Of a DNA stretch of 64,000 nucleotides, positions 1 to 9,909 are shown one piece after another. The position numbers were made by a program, and so were the translations under genes. The DNA is taken from the NCBI GenBank assembly GCA_002393095.1, contig DGII01000036.1:4808-68807 (forward strand). Reading direction: 5' to 3'. Position 1 is the stretch's first letter. Each line of letters opens with the position of its first letter. The notes below the pieces were generated by a model that was given only the letters and a program-made list of their open reading frames with translations, ran no database searches and was not told where the DNA came from. Source of the stretch: Lachnospiraceae bacterium UBA3826 (GTDB lineage: Bacteria > Bacillota > Clostridia > Lachnospirales > Lachnospiraceae).

Positions 1-195
1 CGTGAGATTCGTAGAGCTCATAGCCTCCTCGTTCTCCTTCTGTATCTGCAGATATACTTCCTTACGGTATACGGGAATCTCCTTGGGAGCCGTGATACCT
101 ATCTTAACCTGATCGCCCTTGATCTCAAGAACCGTTACCTCAATATTATTATTAATAACGAGGGCTTCGTTCTTCTTACGTGATAATGCTAACAT
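1..195 (-). CDS. csrA: Carbon storage regulator CsrA (3' end runs off the window)
   Basis: Manual translation from the ATG at 195 gives [48 protein letters not shown], the CsrA signature; lies directly after fliW. Not in the ORF track. Confidence 0.95.
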   Translation of the reverse strand, partial: MLALSRKKNEALVINNNIEVTVLEIKGDQVKIGITAPKEIPVYRKEVYLQIQKENEEAMSSTNLT

Positions 196-197
196 CC

Positions 198-647
198 TTA
201 GTCCTCCTTCTTAATAATATCATATATGGGGTAACGAACCGGATACTTATCCGAATCAACTATGATCTGACAAGCCTTCTTCTCATCCGCATTGATCACA
301 AAAGGTGCCTGCAGATTAACGCTCATCTTCTTCACATCCTTGGGTACAGTCAGTGTAACAAGCACAAGTACCGACTCCGGATTAAGTTCGCCGATGGGCT
401 TAAGGAGCTCATCCTCTACCACCGGATTATAATCGGGGCATACTGCCAGAGGGTCCATAACAGGCATTGCAAAATTAGGCTCCTGTAGTGACTGCATCCA
501 CCTTACAGGTGAATCCCCCTCCTTCTCCGCATCGTGAACCAGTGCAAAATCCGTAAGCTCCGGGAAGCCGACTATTCCACCCTGAAAATGAATGATCTTA
601 TCTTCCGCGATATCAATATCCCCGAATACTCTTGTCGTAACCTTCAT
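198..647 (-). CDS. fliW: Flagellar assembly factor FliW (CsrA antagonist)
   Basis: [25 protein letters not shown] motifs; fliW-csrA adjacency. Confidence 0.93.
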   Translation of the reverse strand: MKVTTRVFGDIDIAEDKIIHFQGGIVGFPELTDFALVHDAEKEGDSPVRWMQSLQEPNFAMPVMDPLAVCPDYNPVVEDELLKPIGELNPESVLVLVTLTVPKDVKKMSVNLQAPFVINADEKKACQIIVDSDKYPVRYPIYDIIKKED

Positions 648-728
648 TGCCTACCTCCGTCCTTGTTTTTTATAAGTATATCATATCAATGGCCTGCGGT
701 GTTAGCCATTTTTGATCTTTGACCATGA

Positions 729-2402
729 TCACAGGTAATTCATAAGTGATGTCTGAAGTATCTTACTGGTACTCATAAGCGCTGCCTGATAGGTAAGCTC
801 TGCTCCCTTAAGCTGCAGTGCCACATCTGTGATCTCCACATTCTCATTATCCGACTCAAGAGTCTCGAAATTGGTCTTCTGGCTCATAAGTCTGTTCTTG
901 ATAAGCTCAAGCTTCTTCTCTCTCGTACCGCACTCTGTTGTAGCCTCATTGACTTTATTAAGATGCCCCTGCATCTTGGTGATGCCGCCTTCAAAGAGAG
1001 CCTGATTCTTCTCCTTAAGATAGGTAAGGGCCTTGTTCGCAGCATCTATCTGATTGGTAAGTATCTTGTAATTATCATCATAGTCCGCATCCTGAGTAAG
1101 CCCGTCACGTATCTTAGTAAGCCTGCTTATGGTCTCCTCCATATCTATGACTGCCTGCATGGAATTCACAAGATCATCAACATCCCTGCCTATGGCGTGA
1201 GTGAATACTTCGTCAGCCGTGGTATTGATCCTGATGGACTGATTGAGTCCCACATCATATTCTATTACCTGCTTCTCTACGATACCGCTTAAGTAATCGG
1301 TATTATAGTTGATATGATTAGCCGGATCAGGATCTGACATATCGGTACATGCGAAGTAATGCTCAGGCTTAAGATCATCCTTCTTCCATATGCTCTTCTC
1401 ATATGTGATCTGTATCTGTGACTCATCCTTGGTGGGTGTAGTCACATCATCCTTAAGCTTCATCATCTTCTCATATACAGACTTGCTTACAAGAAGCTCT
1501 CCGGTCTCAGGTATGAGTATCGCATGATCCGTTGCCGTTCCGCCGCCTGCTATGGCTGCTTCATTGGCCTTATCATAATCCGCCATCATCTGGTACGGGC
1601 TGGGAATATCCGTCTGCTTTACGACCTCCGGTGTCAGTCCTGACATGGATGTGTACTGGGATGCAACAGATGCGTTGGGATCTCCTGCCACTACCGAAGG
1701 GTCGTATATCTTGATCACAGGGATGGTATCGTCTGTATTATTATACGCAAGGCGAATTCTGTATATCTTCTGTTCCTCTATTCCCTGTTCCTCGATATCC
1801 TCGTTATTCCCTGTCGTTCCGTGGGAATCCGTATATGTACCGTTATTGTAGTTAGCATCATTAATCCCGTTTAAGTAATCCGAATTGATATATGCTATGG
1901 AATCAAGCGCATTACTGTTAATCTGCTCCGTAATGCTGAATCTCTGTGAGGTTGACTCCGTATACTTAACGGTGGTCTCTGTTCTGTATCCCGTGAATAC
2001 GCTTCTTCCTGCGTAATCGGCATTACCCGTTGCATATACTTCATCTCTTAATGCCTTAAGAGCATCCAATATAGTGTTACGGTCGGTTGATGTAAGCTTC
2101 TCCGAAGACCCCTTGGTACACTGCTCTATCATATCGGTAAGCACATCCGATACCGTAGTAAGGGAATCCTCCGTAACCTTCATCCAGCTCTCCGCATCCG
2201 ATACATTCTTCTCATAATACTGGGTAACCTGACTTACATTGGTACGAAGTCTTAAGGCTCTTATGGCTACCACCGGATCATCAGAGGGACGCACGATCTT
2301 CTTCTCTGTTGCCATCTGATTGTTAAGCTTGTCCTGATATACCTTATTGGTATTGATATTGGCTATGGAATTGCCCTGTATAACCTTGGTAGTTACTCTC
2401 AT
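729..2402 (-). CDS. flgL: Flagellar hook-associated protein 3 FlgL
   Basis: Flagellin-like N-terminus (KKIVRPSDDPV) and C-terminus (YQAALMSTSKILQTSLMNYL); follows flgK. Confidence 0.92.
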   Translation of the reverse strand: MRVTTKVIQGNSIANINTNKVYQDKLNNQMATEKKIVRPSDDPVVAIRALRLRTNVSQVTQYYEKNVSDAESWMKVTEDSLTTVSDVLTDMIEQCTKGSSEKLTSTDRNTILDALKALRDEVYATGNADYAGRSVFTGYRTETTVKYTESTSQRFSITEQINSNALDSIAYINSDYLNGINDANYNNGTYTDSHGTTGNNEDIEEQGIEEQKIYRIRLAYNNTDDTIPVIKIYDPSVVAGDPNASVASQYTSMSGLTPEVVKQTDIPSPYQMMADYDKANEAAIAGGGTATDHAILIPETGELLVSKSVYEKMMKLKDDVTTPTKDESQIQITYEKSIWKKDDLKPEHYFACTDMSDPDPANHINYNTDYLSGIVEKQVIEYDVGLNQSIRINTTADEVFTHAIGRDVDDLVNSMQAVIDMEETISRLTKIRDGLTQDADYDDNYKILTNQIDAANKALTYLKEKNQALFEGGITKMQGHLNKVNEATTECGTREKKLELIKNRLMSQKTNFETLESDNENVEITDVALQLKGAELTYQAALMSTSKILQTSLMNYL

Positions 2403-2466
2403 TTTATTCTCCTGTTTCTTCTGTATAAGAAGCTCTTACATTAAGTGCTGCACAGGCACCTTGACC

Positions 2467-4488
2467 TTATACTCCGGTCTGTAGGATCAGTCTGTCGTAT
2501 ACTTCGGTAAGTGTCTGGATCATCTTGGATGCCAGCGTATATGCATTCTGGTATTTAACAAGGTTGATCGCTTCGTCATCGGTATCCACACCGGATATGG
2601 AGATGCGCTGGTTATCTATGTTCTTACCTATGTTATTGTAGTTATTATAGAAGGTAGTTGCATTCTTGGCGTTAAGTGCCACATCCGACAGTACGCATGT
2701 CAGGAATTCCTGTGTGGCTGCCCCTCGATAGTTGGCCACATCCTTATTGGTGGTCATCTCTATGAGTTCGCCTGCTATATTGTACTCATCCGTACCTGCT
2801 GCCGGATCGGACTTGGTAGCCATCTTGCCGGGATCGTCTATGATAGCCTTCAGGATATTAAGGTTCTTAGCCGTCAGCCAGTAATAACTGTCGTCGGTCA
2901 TCTTGACGTTCTCATCTATAGTCCTTTTGCCGTCAGCATCCTTTAGGTTATATCTTGCTTCACGGAAGAGATACTGACTTGTATCGGCCGCCTTGTCACC
3001 TACGAACATCTCCACTCCGCCGTCACCCTCGGATGTATATCCTTTCTTCAGGATATCGTTGAAGGCTGCCGAGAAGATACGGCACCATTCGTTGAGCTGC
3101 TGCTGATAGTAAGGAACACCCTGATACTTAATGGCTGTTCCGATCTCAGCCTCCTTGTCCGTGAGCGCAGGTGATACGGAATCCTTACTCTCGGTCTCAT
3201 TGATCTTGAAAGTATATACACACTTGCCGGTCGCTCCGTCATAGGAGTATTCCCATTCATCGTAATTATACTTCTGATTACCCAGTATTATGGTTCCGCC
3301 GGAATCGGAGAGTGTACATTTATTAAGGTCCTTTAAGTATTCGGCACTGATCTCTACCTTGATATTCCTTGTGGTGATACCGTCATTGGTAACAGGATCT
3401 CCTATCTCGGTGATCTTACCCTTGAAGTTCTCGGCATTATTACCGTCTCTCATCTGTATGAGACCTTCAAGCTGTCCGCCTAAGGATGCATTGCAGAGGT
3501 TGAACTCCGCACACGGCTCATATGTGATGTACTCATCCTTATAACCGAACTTAACGAATTCGTTCCACTCAAGCTCTCTGTTGGGATCTTCCTTCATAAG
3601 CTTCTCATATACCGCATGATTGGCTGATGATATCCAATATACATCATACAGACCATCGATATCGGACTGGTTGGTCTTCTCATCCGATGTACGTGCCACA
3701 CACTCAAGAGTGTTGTACAGATCCGTATCCACAAGCGTCTGTCCGCCTGCTATCTTGATGATGTACATATTGGCGCCGGTCTCTCTGTCGGGATCGTTGG
3801 TATCCACTACCGGATACTCCTTGGCGTCCACGCTTACTATGGAAGAGAGCTGGTCCACCAGGAGTGTACGCTTATCTCTAAGCTCATTGGCAGAACCGCC
3901 GCTTAACTCTATTACATTGATCTGCTTGTTGATGGTAGCTATCTCACTTGCAAGTGAATTGATCTCATCCACCTTAAGCTTGATCTCGGAGTTGATATCC
4001 TTCTGCACCTGCTCCATGCTGCCTGCCATGGAATTGAAGTATTCGCAGAGATTGTCTGCCATTCCGACGAACTGTGCCTTGGTAGATATATTGGCAGGAT
4101 TCTTCTTAACCTCCGCGAGTGCCGTCATCATCTTATTGAAGGTGGTCGTGAAGCCTTCGATAGTGGAATCGTCTCTGAAGTAATCCTCTATCTGCCTCAT
4201 GTAATAATCCTTCATCTCGAACTGGCCCGTCTTGGTATTATTGGCCCAGTACTTGTTGTCATAGAAATCATCATGTATACGCTCGATAGACAGCGTATCG
4301 ACACCGGCACCGGCGCAGCCGTATGTAGTGAATACACGAAGCGCTTCGGAGGCCTGGGAATTGATACCCTGACGGCTGTAGCCGTCGGTCTCTGCGTTGG
4401 ATATATTATTAGCCGTCGTATTAAGTCCGGCATTGGCATTCAGAAGCCCTGTATATGCTATATTCAGTCCAAAAAATTGTGACGGCAT
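2467..4488 (-). CDS. flgK: Flagellar hook-associated protein 1 FlgK (second copy)
   Basis: GLNTTANNISNAETDGYSRQ N-terminus; ANELRDKR; SISGVDTDDEAINLVKYQNAY C-terminus. Confidence 0.92.
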   Translation of the reverse strand: MPSQFFGLNIAYTGLLNANAGLNTTANNISNAETDGYSRQGINSQASEALRVFTTYGCAGAGVDTLSIERIHDDFYDNKYWANNTKTGQFEMKDYYMRQIEDYFRDDSTIEGFTTTFNKMMTALAEVKKNPANISTKAQFVGMADNLCEYFNSMAGSMEQVQKDINSEIKLKVDEINSLASEIATINKQINVIELSGGSANELRDKRTLLVDQLSSIVSVDAKEYPVVDTNDPDRETGANMYIIKIAGGQTLVDTDLYNTLECVARTSDEKTNQSDIDGLYDVYWISSANHAVYEKLMKEDPNRELEWNEFVKFGYKDEYITYEPCAEFNLCNASLGGQLEGLIQMRDGNNAENFKGKITEIGDPVTNDGITTRNIKVEISAEYLKDLNKCTLSDSGGTIILGNQKYNYDEWEYSYDGATGKCVYTFKINETESKDSVSPALTDKEAEIGTAIKYQGVPYYQQQLNEWCRIFSAAFNDILKKGYTSEGDGGVEMFVGDKAADTSQYLFREARYNLKDADGKRTIDENVKMTDDSYYWLTAKNLNILKAIIDDPGKMATKSDPAAGTDEYNIAGELIEMTTNKDVANYRGAATQEFLTCVLSDVALNAKNATTFYNNYNNIGKNIDNQRISISGVDTDDEAINLVKYQNAYTLASKMIQTLTEVYDRLILQTGV

Positions 4489-4498
4489 ATTACCCTCC

Positions 4499-6238
4499 TT
4501 ATGTTGCTAATGTATTGATGATATGCTCAAGCATATCGTCTACCACATTGATATATCTTGATGATGCATTATATGCATTCTGGAATTTAACCATAAAAGT
4601 CAGCTCTTCATCCTGTGATACGCCGATTACCTGTTCTCTGGCATTGGAGGTGGCAAGCACCGTCTTCTGCTGACTGTCTATAAGGCTCTTATAGACGGAG
4701 CCGGAATTGGCTACCTGACTTACCAGATCGCCGTAATAATCTACGAAGGAAGATTTCTTCTTGACATTGGGATTTAATGTCATGTCCTCCGACTCGAAGG
4801 CTGCCTTTAATGCTTCCATGGTGGTGTAGTCCACCTGACCGTCTATCTTGACAAAGCCAAGCTTGGTAGGCTGCCTTAAGAGCTCTACATTGATCTGCAT
4901 ATTGGTAGTGGTATACAGAGATTCGTTGACGTATCCGTCCACCGTATCCGTCTCCGGATTGTATACTCCGGGCATCTCCACATTATATGCACCGGTGCTG
5001 TCATAGCCCTCGGATGCGATCTTCTTAAATACCTGTATGGGAACCTCCATACCGCTTACGGGATCTGTAGTCATCAGGTATGTACTTGAGGGATTGATTG
5101 CCTTGGCAGCCAATGCCGCATCCGACAGGACCTTATTGATGGAAGTCGCTATGCCGTGTACCAGTTGATCGAATTCAGCCATGACATTCATACATACCGA
5201 CTGCGATATCTCATTATCATAACGGTCCGTCATCAGGTCGGTGTAGTCAGCCCTGTGATCTCCTCTTGCCAAAAGTGAGGACTTAAGTGCTCCCACATCA
5301 GTGTCAAGGTCTGATGATATGGTCCTGTTAAGGTCGAACACCTTCGCCTTCTCAACCTCTTCTGCGGTATAATACCTGTTGCCCGCATTATCCGTGGAAT
5401 ATCTGGCATTCTTGATCCAGAATGGTGTATAGAATCCTGTATCGGCATCCTCGTATAATCCGAGCTTGTAAGCTATCTCACCTCTTACGAGGTCTTCTCC
5501 TTCGAACTGTATCCACACGGTACAGTCAACATCCTCTTCATATGATATGTTGCCGTATGTGGACAGCTCATCTATAAGTGCATTACGTGTATCTCTTAAG
5601 TCGTTGGCTCTCTCGAAGGATATACCGTATTCCTTCGAATTACTTATCTCAACTGTACGAATCTGATCGTTAAGCGTCTTGATCTGCTCGGCGATCTCAT
5701 TAATGCGATTCGTATTCTTCTTAACCGTCTCATTGAGACTCATCTGATATTCACAGAGTCCCTCATATACCGACTGGCTTCTTGCAAGGAACTCTGAGCA
5801 TCTCTCTATGAACATTCCCTGTGTGATGGCACTTGCCGGGTCCTTGGCCATCTCCTGTACGGATGTCCAGAGGTCATTGATGGATTCCTGGAAGGTCTCG
5901 CCGTTCATCTCATCAAGCAGACTTTCTATCTCTCCCAAAGCATCGGCGGACACCTCATAGAAGGAGCTCCTGCCCGATTCTTTTCTGTATGTTGCGTCTA
6001 AGAAGACGTCTCTTACCTGTCTTGTCTTGGAATATACGACACCGAGTCCGATCTGCTGATTAGATACAGCCTTATAGCTTGTCTTGATAGTATCATACGT
6101 AGCAGCACCCTGAAGTATCTGCTGACGCACGTATCCGGTAGTGTCGGTATTGGATATGTTGTGTGCTGTTGTATTAAGTGCATTCTGGCTTGTCTGTAAA
6201 CCCGATACGCCTATGTACAGGCTTCCCATTAATGGCAT
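4499..6238 (-). CDS. flgK: Flagellar hook-associated protein 1 FlgK (first copy)
   Basis: ALNTTAHNISNTDTTGYVRQ; ANDLRDTR; GVSQDEEL..MVKFQNAYNASSR. Confidence 0.9.
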   Translation of the reverse strand: MPLMGSLYIGVSGLQTSQNALNTTAHNISNTDTTGYVRQQILQGAATYDTIKTSYKAVSNQQIGLGVVYSKTRQVRDVFLDATYRKESGRSSFYEVSADALGEIESLLDEMNGETFQESINDLWTSVQEMAKDPASAITQGMFIERCSEFLARSQSVYEGLCEYQMSLNETVKKNTNRINEIAEQIKTLNDQIRTVEISNSKEYGISFERANDLRDTRNALIDELSTYGNISYEEDVDCTVWIQFEGEDLVRGEIAYKLGLYEDADTGFYTPFWIKNARYSTDNAGNRYYTAEEVEKAKVFDLNRTISSDLDTDVGALKSSLLARGDHRADYTDLMTDRYDNEISQSVCMNVMAEFDQLVHGIATSINKVLSDAALAAKAINPSSTYLMTTDPVSGMEVPIQVFKKIASEGYDSTGAYNVEMPGVYNPETDTVDGYVNESLYTTTNMQINVELLRQPTKLGFVKIDGQVDYTTMEALKAAFESEDMTLNPNVKKKSSFVDYYGDLVSQVANSGSVYKSLIDSQQKTVLATSNAREQVIGVSQDEELTFMVKFQNAYNASSRYINVVDDMLEHIINTLAT

Positions 6239-6265
6239 ATTGCTACCTCGTTACTTTTCCGGATG

Positions 6266-6784
6266 TTACTGTTTTGCGTCAAAGGCTCCCTTCTCTACAC
6301 CCATGTAAGTACCTGCACTGTATGCACCTGATGTATAATTGGCTGTTTCGGGAGCCGATCTGTAGGCCTGCAATACATTCATGTCGAATTGCACCATTTC
6401 AAGTGAATCCTGTATCAACTGTCTGTTCTGCTCATTCACCCTCTTCATCTGGGCGAGAGTGTCCCTCAGCTTGTCATATATGTCTGCCAGCCTGTTCTGT
6501 TCTGCGGGTCTTCCTTTAAGGATATCTATAAGGTCGACCACCTTCAAGCTATTAACATCCTTGTTAATAACATTGGCAATGTCATTCATGTTCTCTTGCC
6601 GCTTGCGGTCAAGAGCGTTGATCTGGTTCACGATACTCTGCTCATCATCCGTGATCTTAGCGAGTTCATCCAGGTTCGCGCTTATGATAACCGGAGTCTT
6701 GTCCATGGACAGCTTAAGCAACCTCTTATAGGCTTCATTTTCCTTCTCAAGATTGTCAATAAGTGCTTCCATTAAACTGGCCAC
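6266..6784 (-). CDS. flgN: Flagellar export chaperone FlgN
   Basis: Helical 172 aa protein between flgM and flgK; NEQNRQLIQDSL and C-terminal FDAKQ. Confidence 0.85.
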   Translation of the reverse strand: MASLMEALIDNLEKENEAYKRLLKLSMDKTPVIISANLDELAKITDDEQSIVNQINALDRKRQENMNDIANVINKDVNSLKVVDLIDILKGRPAEQNRLADIYDKLRDTLAQMKRVNEQNRQLIQDSLEMVQFDMNVLQAYRSAPETANYTSGAYSAGTYMGVEKGAFDAKQ

Positions 6785-6798
6785 CGGTTATCCCCTCC

Positions 6799-7068
6799 TT
6801 ATAAAGAGTATCTCTCGTAAAGCTTAGCTGCGAAGCTTTCCGCATCGACGCTGTATGTGCCGTTATCGATCCTCTGCTTGATTGAAGCGACAAGATCCTC
6901 TCTTACGTCACTTGTACCTGCCAATGCCTGCTTAGCTACCTGAATATCCTTCCCTGTGCTGGATATCTGGAGTTGATCAGAGAAGCTTGCCTTAGCTGTG
7001 CTCTTAACCTGTTTCGGACTGCTGCTCCTGTAAAGCTGCTGTACCTGATTATATGCTTCTATACGCAT
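6799..7068 (-). CDS. flgM: Anti-sigma28 factor FlgM
   Basis: DQLQISS and VREDLVASIKQRIDNGTY motifs. Confidence 0.92.
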   Translation of the reverse strand: MRIEAYNQVQQLYRSSSPKQVKSTAKASFSDQLQISSTGKDIQVAKQALAGTSDVREDLVASIKQRIDNGTYSVDAESFAAKLYERYSL

Positions 7069-7111
7069 AATGCTACTCCTCCTTGGGGATAAACTTTTGG
7101 TTTCATAATGA

Positions 7112-7138
7112 TTATCGGATGTTTCACGAAATACTTTA
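7112..7138 (-). promoter_or_regulatory. Sigma28 (FliA/SigD) promoter of the flgM operon
   Basis: Minus strand reads TAAA-N15-TCCGATAA, matching consensus TAAA-N15-GCCGATAA, 44 bp upstream of flgM. Confidence 0.85.
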
Positions 7139-7178
7139 TAGCATTTTTAAAAAAACTTTTTCTCTTATCCTCTTAAGC

Positions 7179-9896
7179 TTAGGAAGTAAGTATCGGCTCC
7201 TTCCAATCCGCCAGATGACTCTGCCTGAGATATGCTATTCCTACCGCACCCACACCTACATTACCGGCGGAGGATACACTTGACTTGGTAAGCATAAGCG
7301 CGTTCTCCGGTATCGACTGCTTAAGCTCCTTCATTATATTATTCTGCATTCTGGGAGACAGACCTACATGCGTGGCTATAATGGGAACTCTGTTATCCAT
7401 ACGTCCGGCAAGCAGCATGGTAGTCTTGATATGTCTTGGAATGACCTTCTCCATATCTCCTCTGTAGGCTCTGACCTGCTTAAGCTTTCCTCCTGATATG
7501 CTTATTGCAGGATGCACATTGAGGGCATCATATAACTGCCCCCTCTTCTTGGCCATAAGTCCGTATTCGGCATAGATCGATGAAGACGGCAGGACATAGC
7601 ACATCTCTATATGCTTGGACAGCTTCTTAATATCCCTGCATATCTCCTCTATAGGCTTATCCATGGATGCCCACACCGATGAGATCATGGCTAAGAGTCC
7701 AAGCGCGGATGATATAAGTCCGCTGTCTATTACCTGTACATGCGAGAAGCTCTTGGCTGCCTCCATTGCTCTGCCGCAGGTATTACCCATCTTGGAGCTG
7801 AAGCTTAGGTGTATGATATCCTCAGAGGCTTCAAGCTCTCTGGTGAAGAATCTCTCATATTCCGCAACAGTAGCCCCGTCCGGACACAGCTCCCTGCTGT
7901 TCTCCGTCAGCTTACCCATAAGATCCGATGTATCTATCTCCACCGTATCCTTGAATCTGCCCTTGGCAGTCTTAATGTACAGATACATGATACCTATATC
8001 ATACTTTTTGATAACATCCTCAGGGATATCACATATGGAATCGGTAGTTATACGAAGCCTTCTCTTCCTCTTGGTCACTACCTTGGTGAAGGTACTTCTT
8101 GAGGATTTCTTATTGGAATCCCTGTATTCTATGAGTTCCTTGGGTATATTGTCGGCTATGGCCTCTTCAAGCACGGTATATTCCACGGGCTTAGTCAGTA
8201 TCATATCAAAGTCATACAGGACATTATTGTGCATCCTGCCATCGAGATTGGCACCGGTTAAGGCTATCACAACACTTTCCCTGCACTTTCCTCCGCCCTG
8301 GGTCCTTATCGAGTCAAGCAGCTCCGAGCCGCTCATACCCGGCATCAGATAATCCACCAGTATCACATGATACTGCTCCTTAGCCGTAAGCTTTAAGGCT
8401 TCCTCACCGCTTCCGGCTTCATCCACGGTTACCTTGGTATCTCTTAACAGACCCTTGATAATGGCGCGGTTCTGTGCATCGTCATCCACCACGAGTATAC
8501 GCGCCTTGCTTGCCTCGAAGCTTCTGACATACTCTCTTGTAGTGGTGGAGGTATCTCTTAACTCCTCATAATTACTTCCGCCTATGACATCATCTCCCTC
8601 ATAAGCCAGAGTCACATCCATGGTAAAGGTAGAGCCCTGACCGTATACGCTGTCTACAGACAACGTTCCGCCCATAAGATTAGTAAGCTCATAGGCTATG
8701 GGAAGACCCAGACCGTTACCCTCTATATCACCGTTACTGCCTCTGTCGAACTGTGAGAAGGTCTCGAAGAGGTGGTCTATATTCTTCTTCTCTATACCGA
8801 TACCGGTATCACTTACGCTTGCCTTGATCCTTACCTTATCCTCTCCCTGTCTGTCGCTTGCCACCCTTATCCTTACCTGGCCCTCTTCAGTGTATTTAAC
8901 GGCATTGGTCAGGAGATTGAGGAGAACCTGTGTGATACGTCTCTCATCACCTATAAGCGTCTTGGGAAGCTCAGGGTCTGTCTCAAGTATAAGCTCAAGT
9001 CCCTTGTTCTCGGCTCTGATGCTTATCATCTCCATAAGCTCTGTCAGCACATCCGCACTGTTAAAGGGAGATATGGATAGCTGCATGCTGTGGTTCTCTA
9101 TCTGTGTCAGATCCATGATATCATTGACGATGCTTAGAAGCAGCTTACCGGAACGGGCAATAGCCTCAGAGTTGGAGGATACCTCCTTATCCTTGCTTAT
9201 ACGCAGATTCAGCTCATTAAGTCCGACTATCGCATTGATCGGATTGCGTATCTCATGTGAGAAATTAGCATAGAACCTCTCTCTTGAGGCATTGATCCTG
9301 TCTATCTCGTTGCGTTGGTTGATAGCCATCGCACTCTCTCTCATATATCCCGCTCTTCTGAAGGTGAATACAAGACCTGCCGTGATGCCCACAGATATGA
9401 GTCCGAAGGCCGAATCCACATATACCGCAAGCCTTGAACCCAGAGGATTGACGAATTCAGGATGCAGATATGCCACGACGTATGAGGCAACATCCACAAC
9501 AACCGTCAGCAGTCCGTATATTACTAAAGCCCTGCCTCTGTATACCAGAAAGATATATATAAGTCCCATGGCGAACCAGCAGTTCGATCCGCTCTCAACT
9601 CCGCCGCAGGTGAAGAATACCATGGGGAATACCACACAATTCATCCACAGTGTAACAGTGGCTATGGGCAATTCCTGTCCTCCCTTATTCATCACATACC
9701 ACACTGCCCACGGAATTATGATAAGAGTGGTGAAAACAACCACATAATTGAACAATCCCACTCTTAGGGATATGCATTCTATGAGACAGGCTACCGCCGC
9801 CACTATCGCTTCAAGACATATGATGACGAAGAGCTTCTCCCTCATATTCCTGTTGTCATTACCCATTAATTCTCTGATCTTGTCTATCATAATCAA
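7179..9896 (-). CDS. Membrane hybrid histidine kinase (TM-HisKA-HATPase-REC) with C-terminal DegV/FakB-like domain
   Basis: About 6 TM segments; SHEIRNP H-box; NLLTNAVKYT; GNGLGL; REC (VDDD, VDYLMPG); DegV-like start ITTDSICDIP and VIDS. Confidence 0.85.
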   Translation of the reverse strand: MIMIDKIRELMGNDNRNMREKLFVIICLEAIVAAVACLIECISLRVGLFNYVVVFTTLIIIPWAVWYVMNKGGQELPIATVTLWMNCVVFPMVFFTCGGVESGSNCWFAMGLIYIFLVYRGRALVIYGLLTVVVDVASYVVAYLHPEFVNPLGSRLAVYVDSAFGLISVGITAGLVFTFRRAGYMRESAMAINQRNEIDRINASRERFYANFSHEIRNPINAIVGLNELNLRISKDKEVSSNSEAIARSGKLLLSIVNDIMDLTQIENHSMQLSISPFNSADVLTELMEMISIRAENKGLELILETDPELPKTLIGDERRITQVLLNLLTNAVKYTEEGQVRIRVASDRQGEDKVRIKASVSDTGIGIEKKNIDHLFETFSQFDRGSNGDIEGNGLGLPIAYELTNLMGGTLSVDSVYGQGSTFTMDVTLAYEGDDVIGGSNYEELRDTSTTTREYVRSFEASKARILVVDDDAQNRAIIKGLLRDTKVTVDEAGSGEEALKLTAKEQYHVILVDYLMPGMSGSELLDSIRTQGGGKCRESVVIALTGANLDGRMHNNVLYDFDMILTKPVEYTVLEEAIADNIPKELIEYRDSNKKSSRSTFTKVVTKRKRRLRITTDSICDIPEDVIKKYDIGIMYLYIKTAKGRFKDTVEIDTSDLMGKLTENSRELCPDGATVAEYERFFTRELEASEDIIHLSFSSKMGNTCGRAMEAAKSFSHVQVIDSGLISSALGLLAMISSVWASMDKPIEEICRDIKKLSKHIEMCYVLPSSSIYAEYGLMAKKRGQLYDALNVHPAISISGGKLKQVRAYRGDMEKVIPRHIKTTMLLAGRMDNRVPIIATHVGLSPRMQNNIMKELKQSIPENALMLTKSSVSSAGNVGVGAVGIAYLRQSHLADWKEPILTS

Positions 9897-9909
9897 TCCC
9901 TAACCCTAA

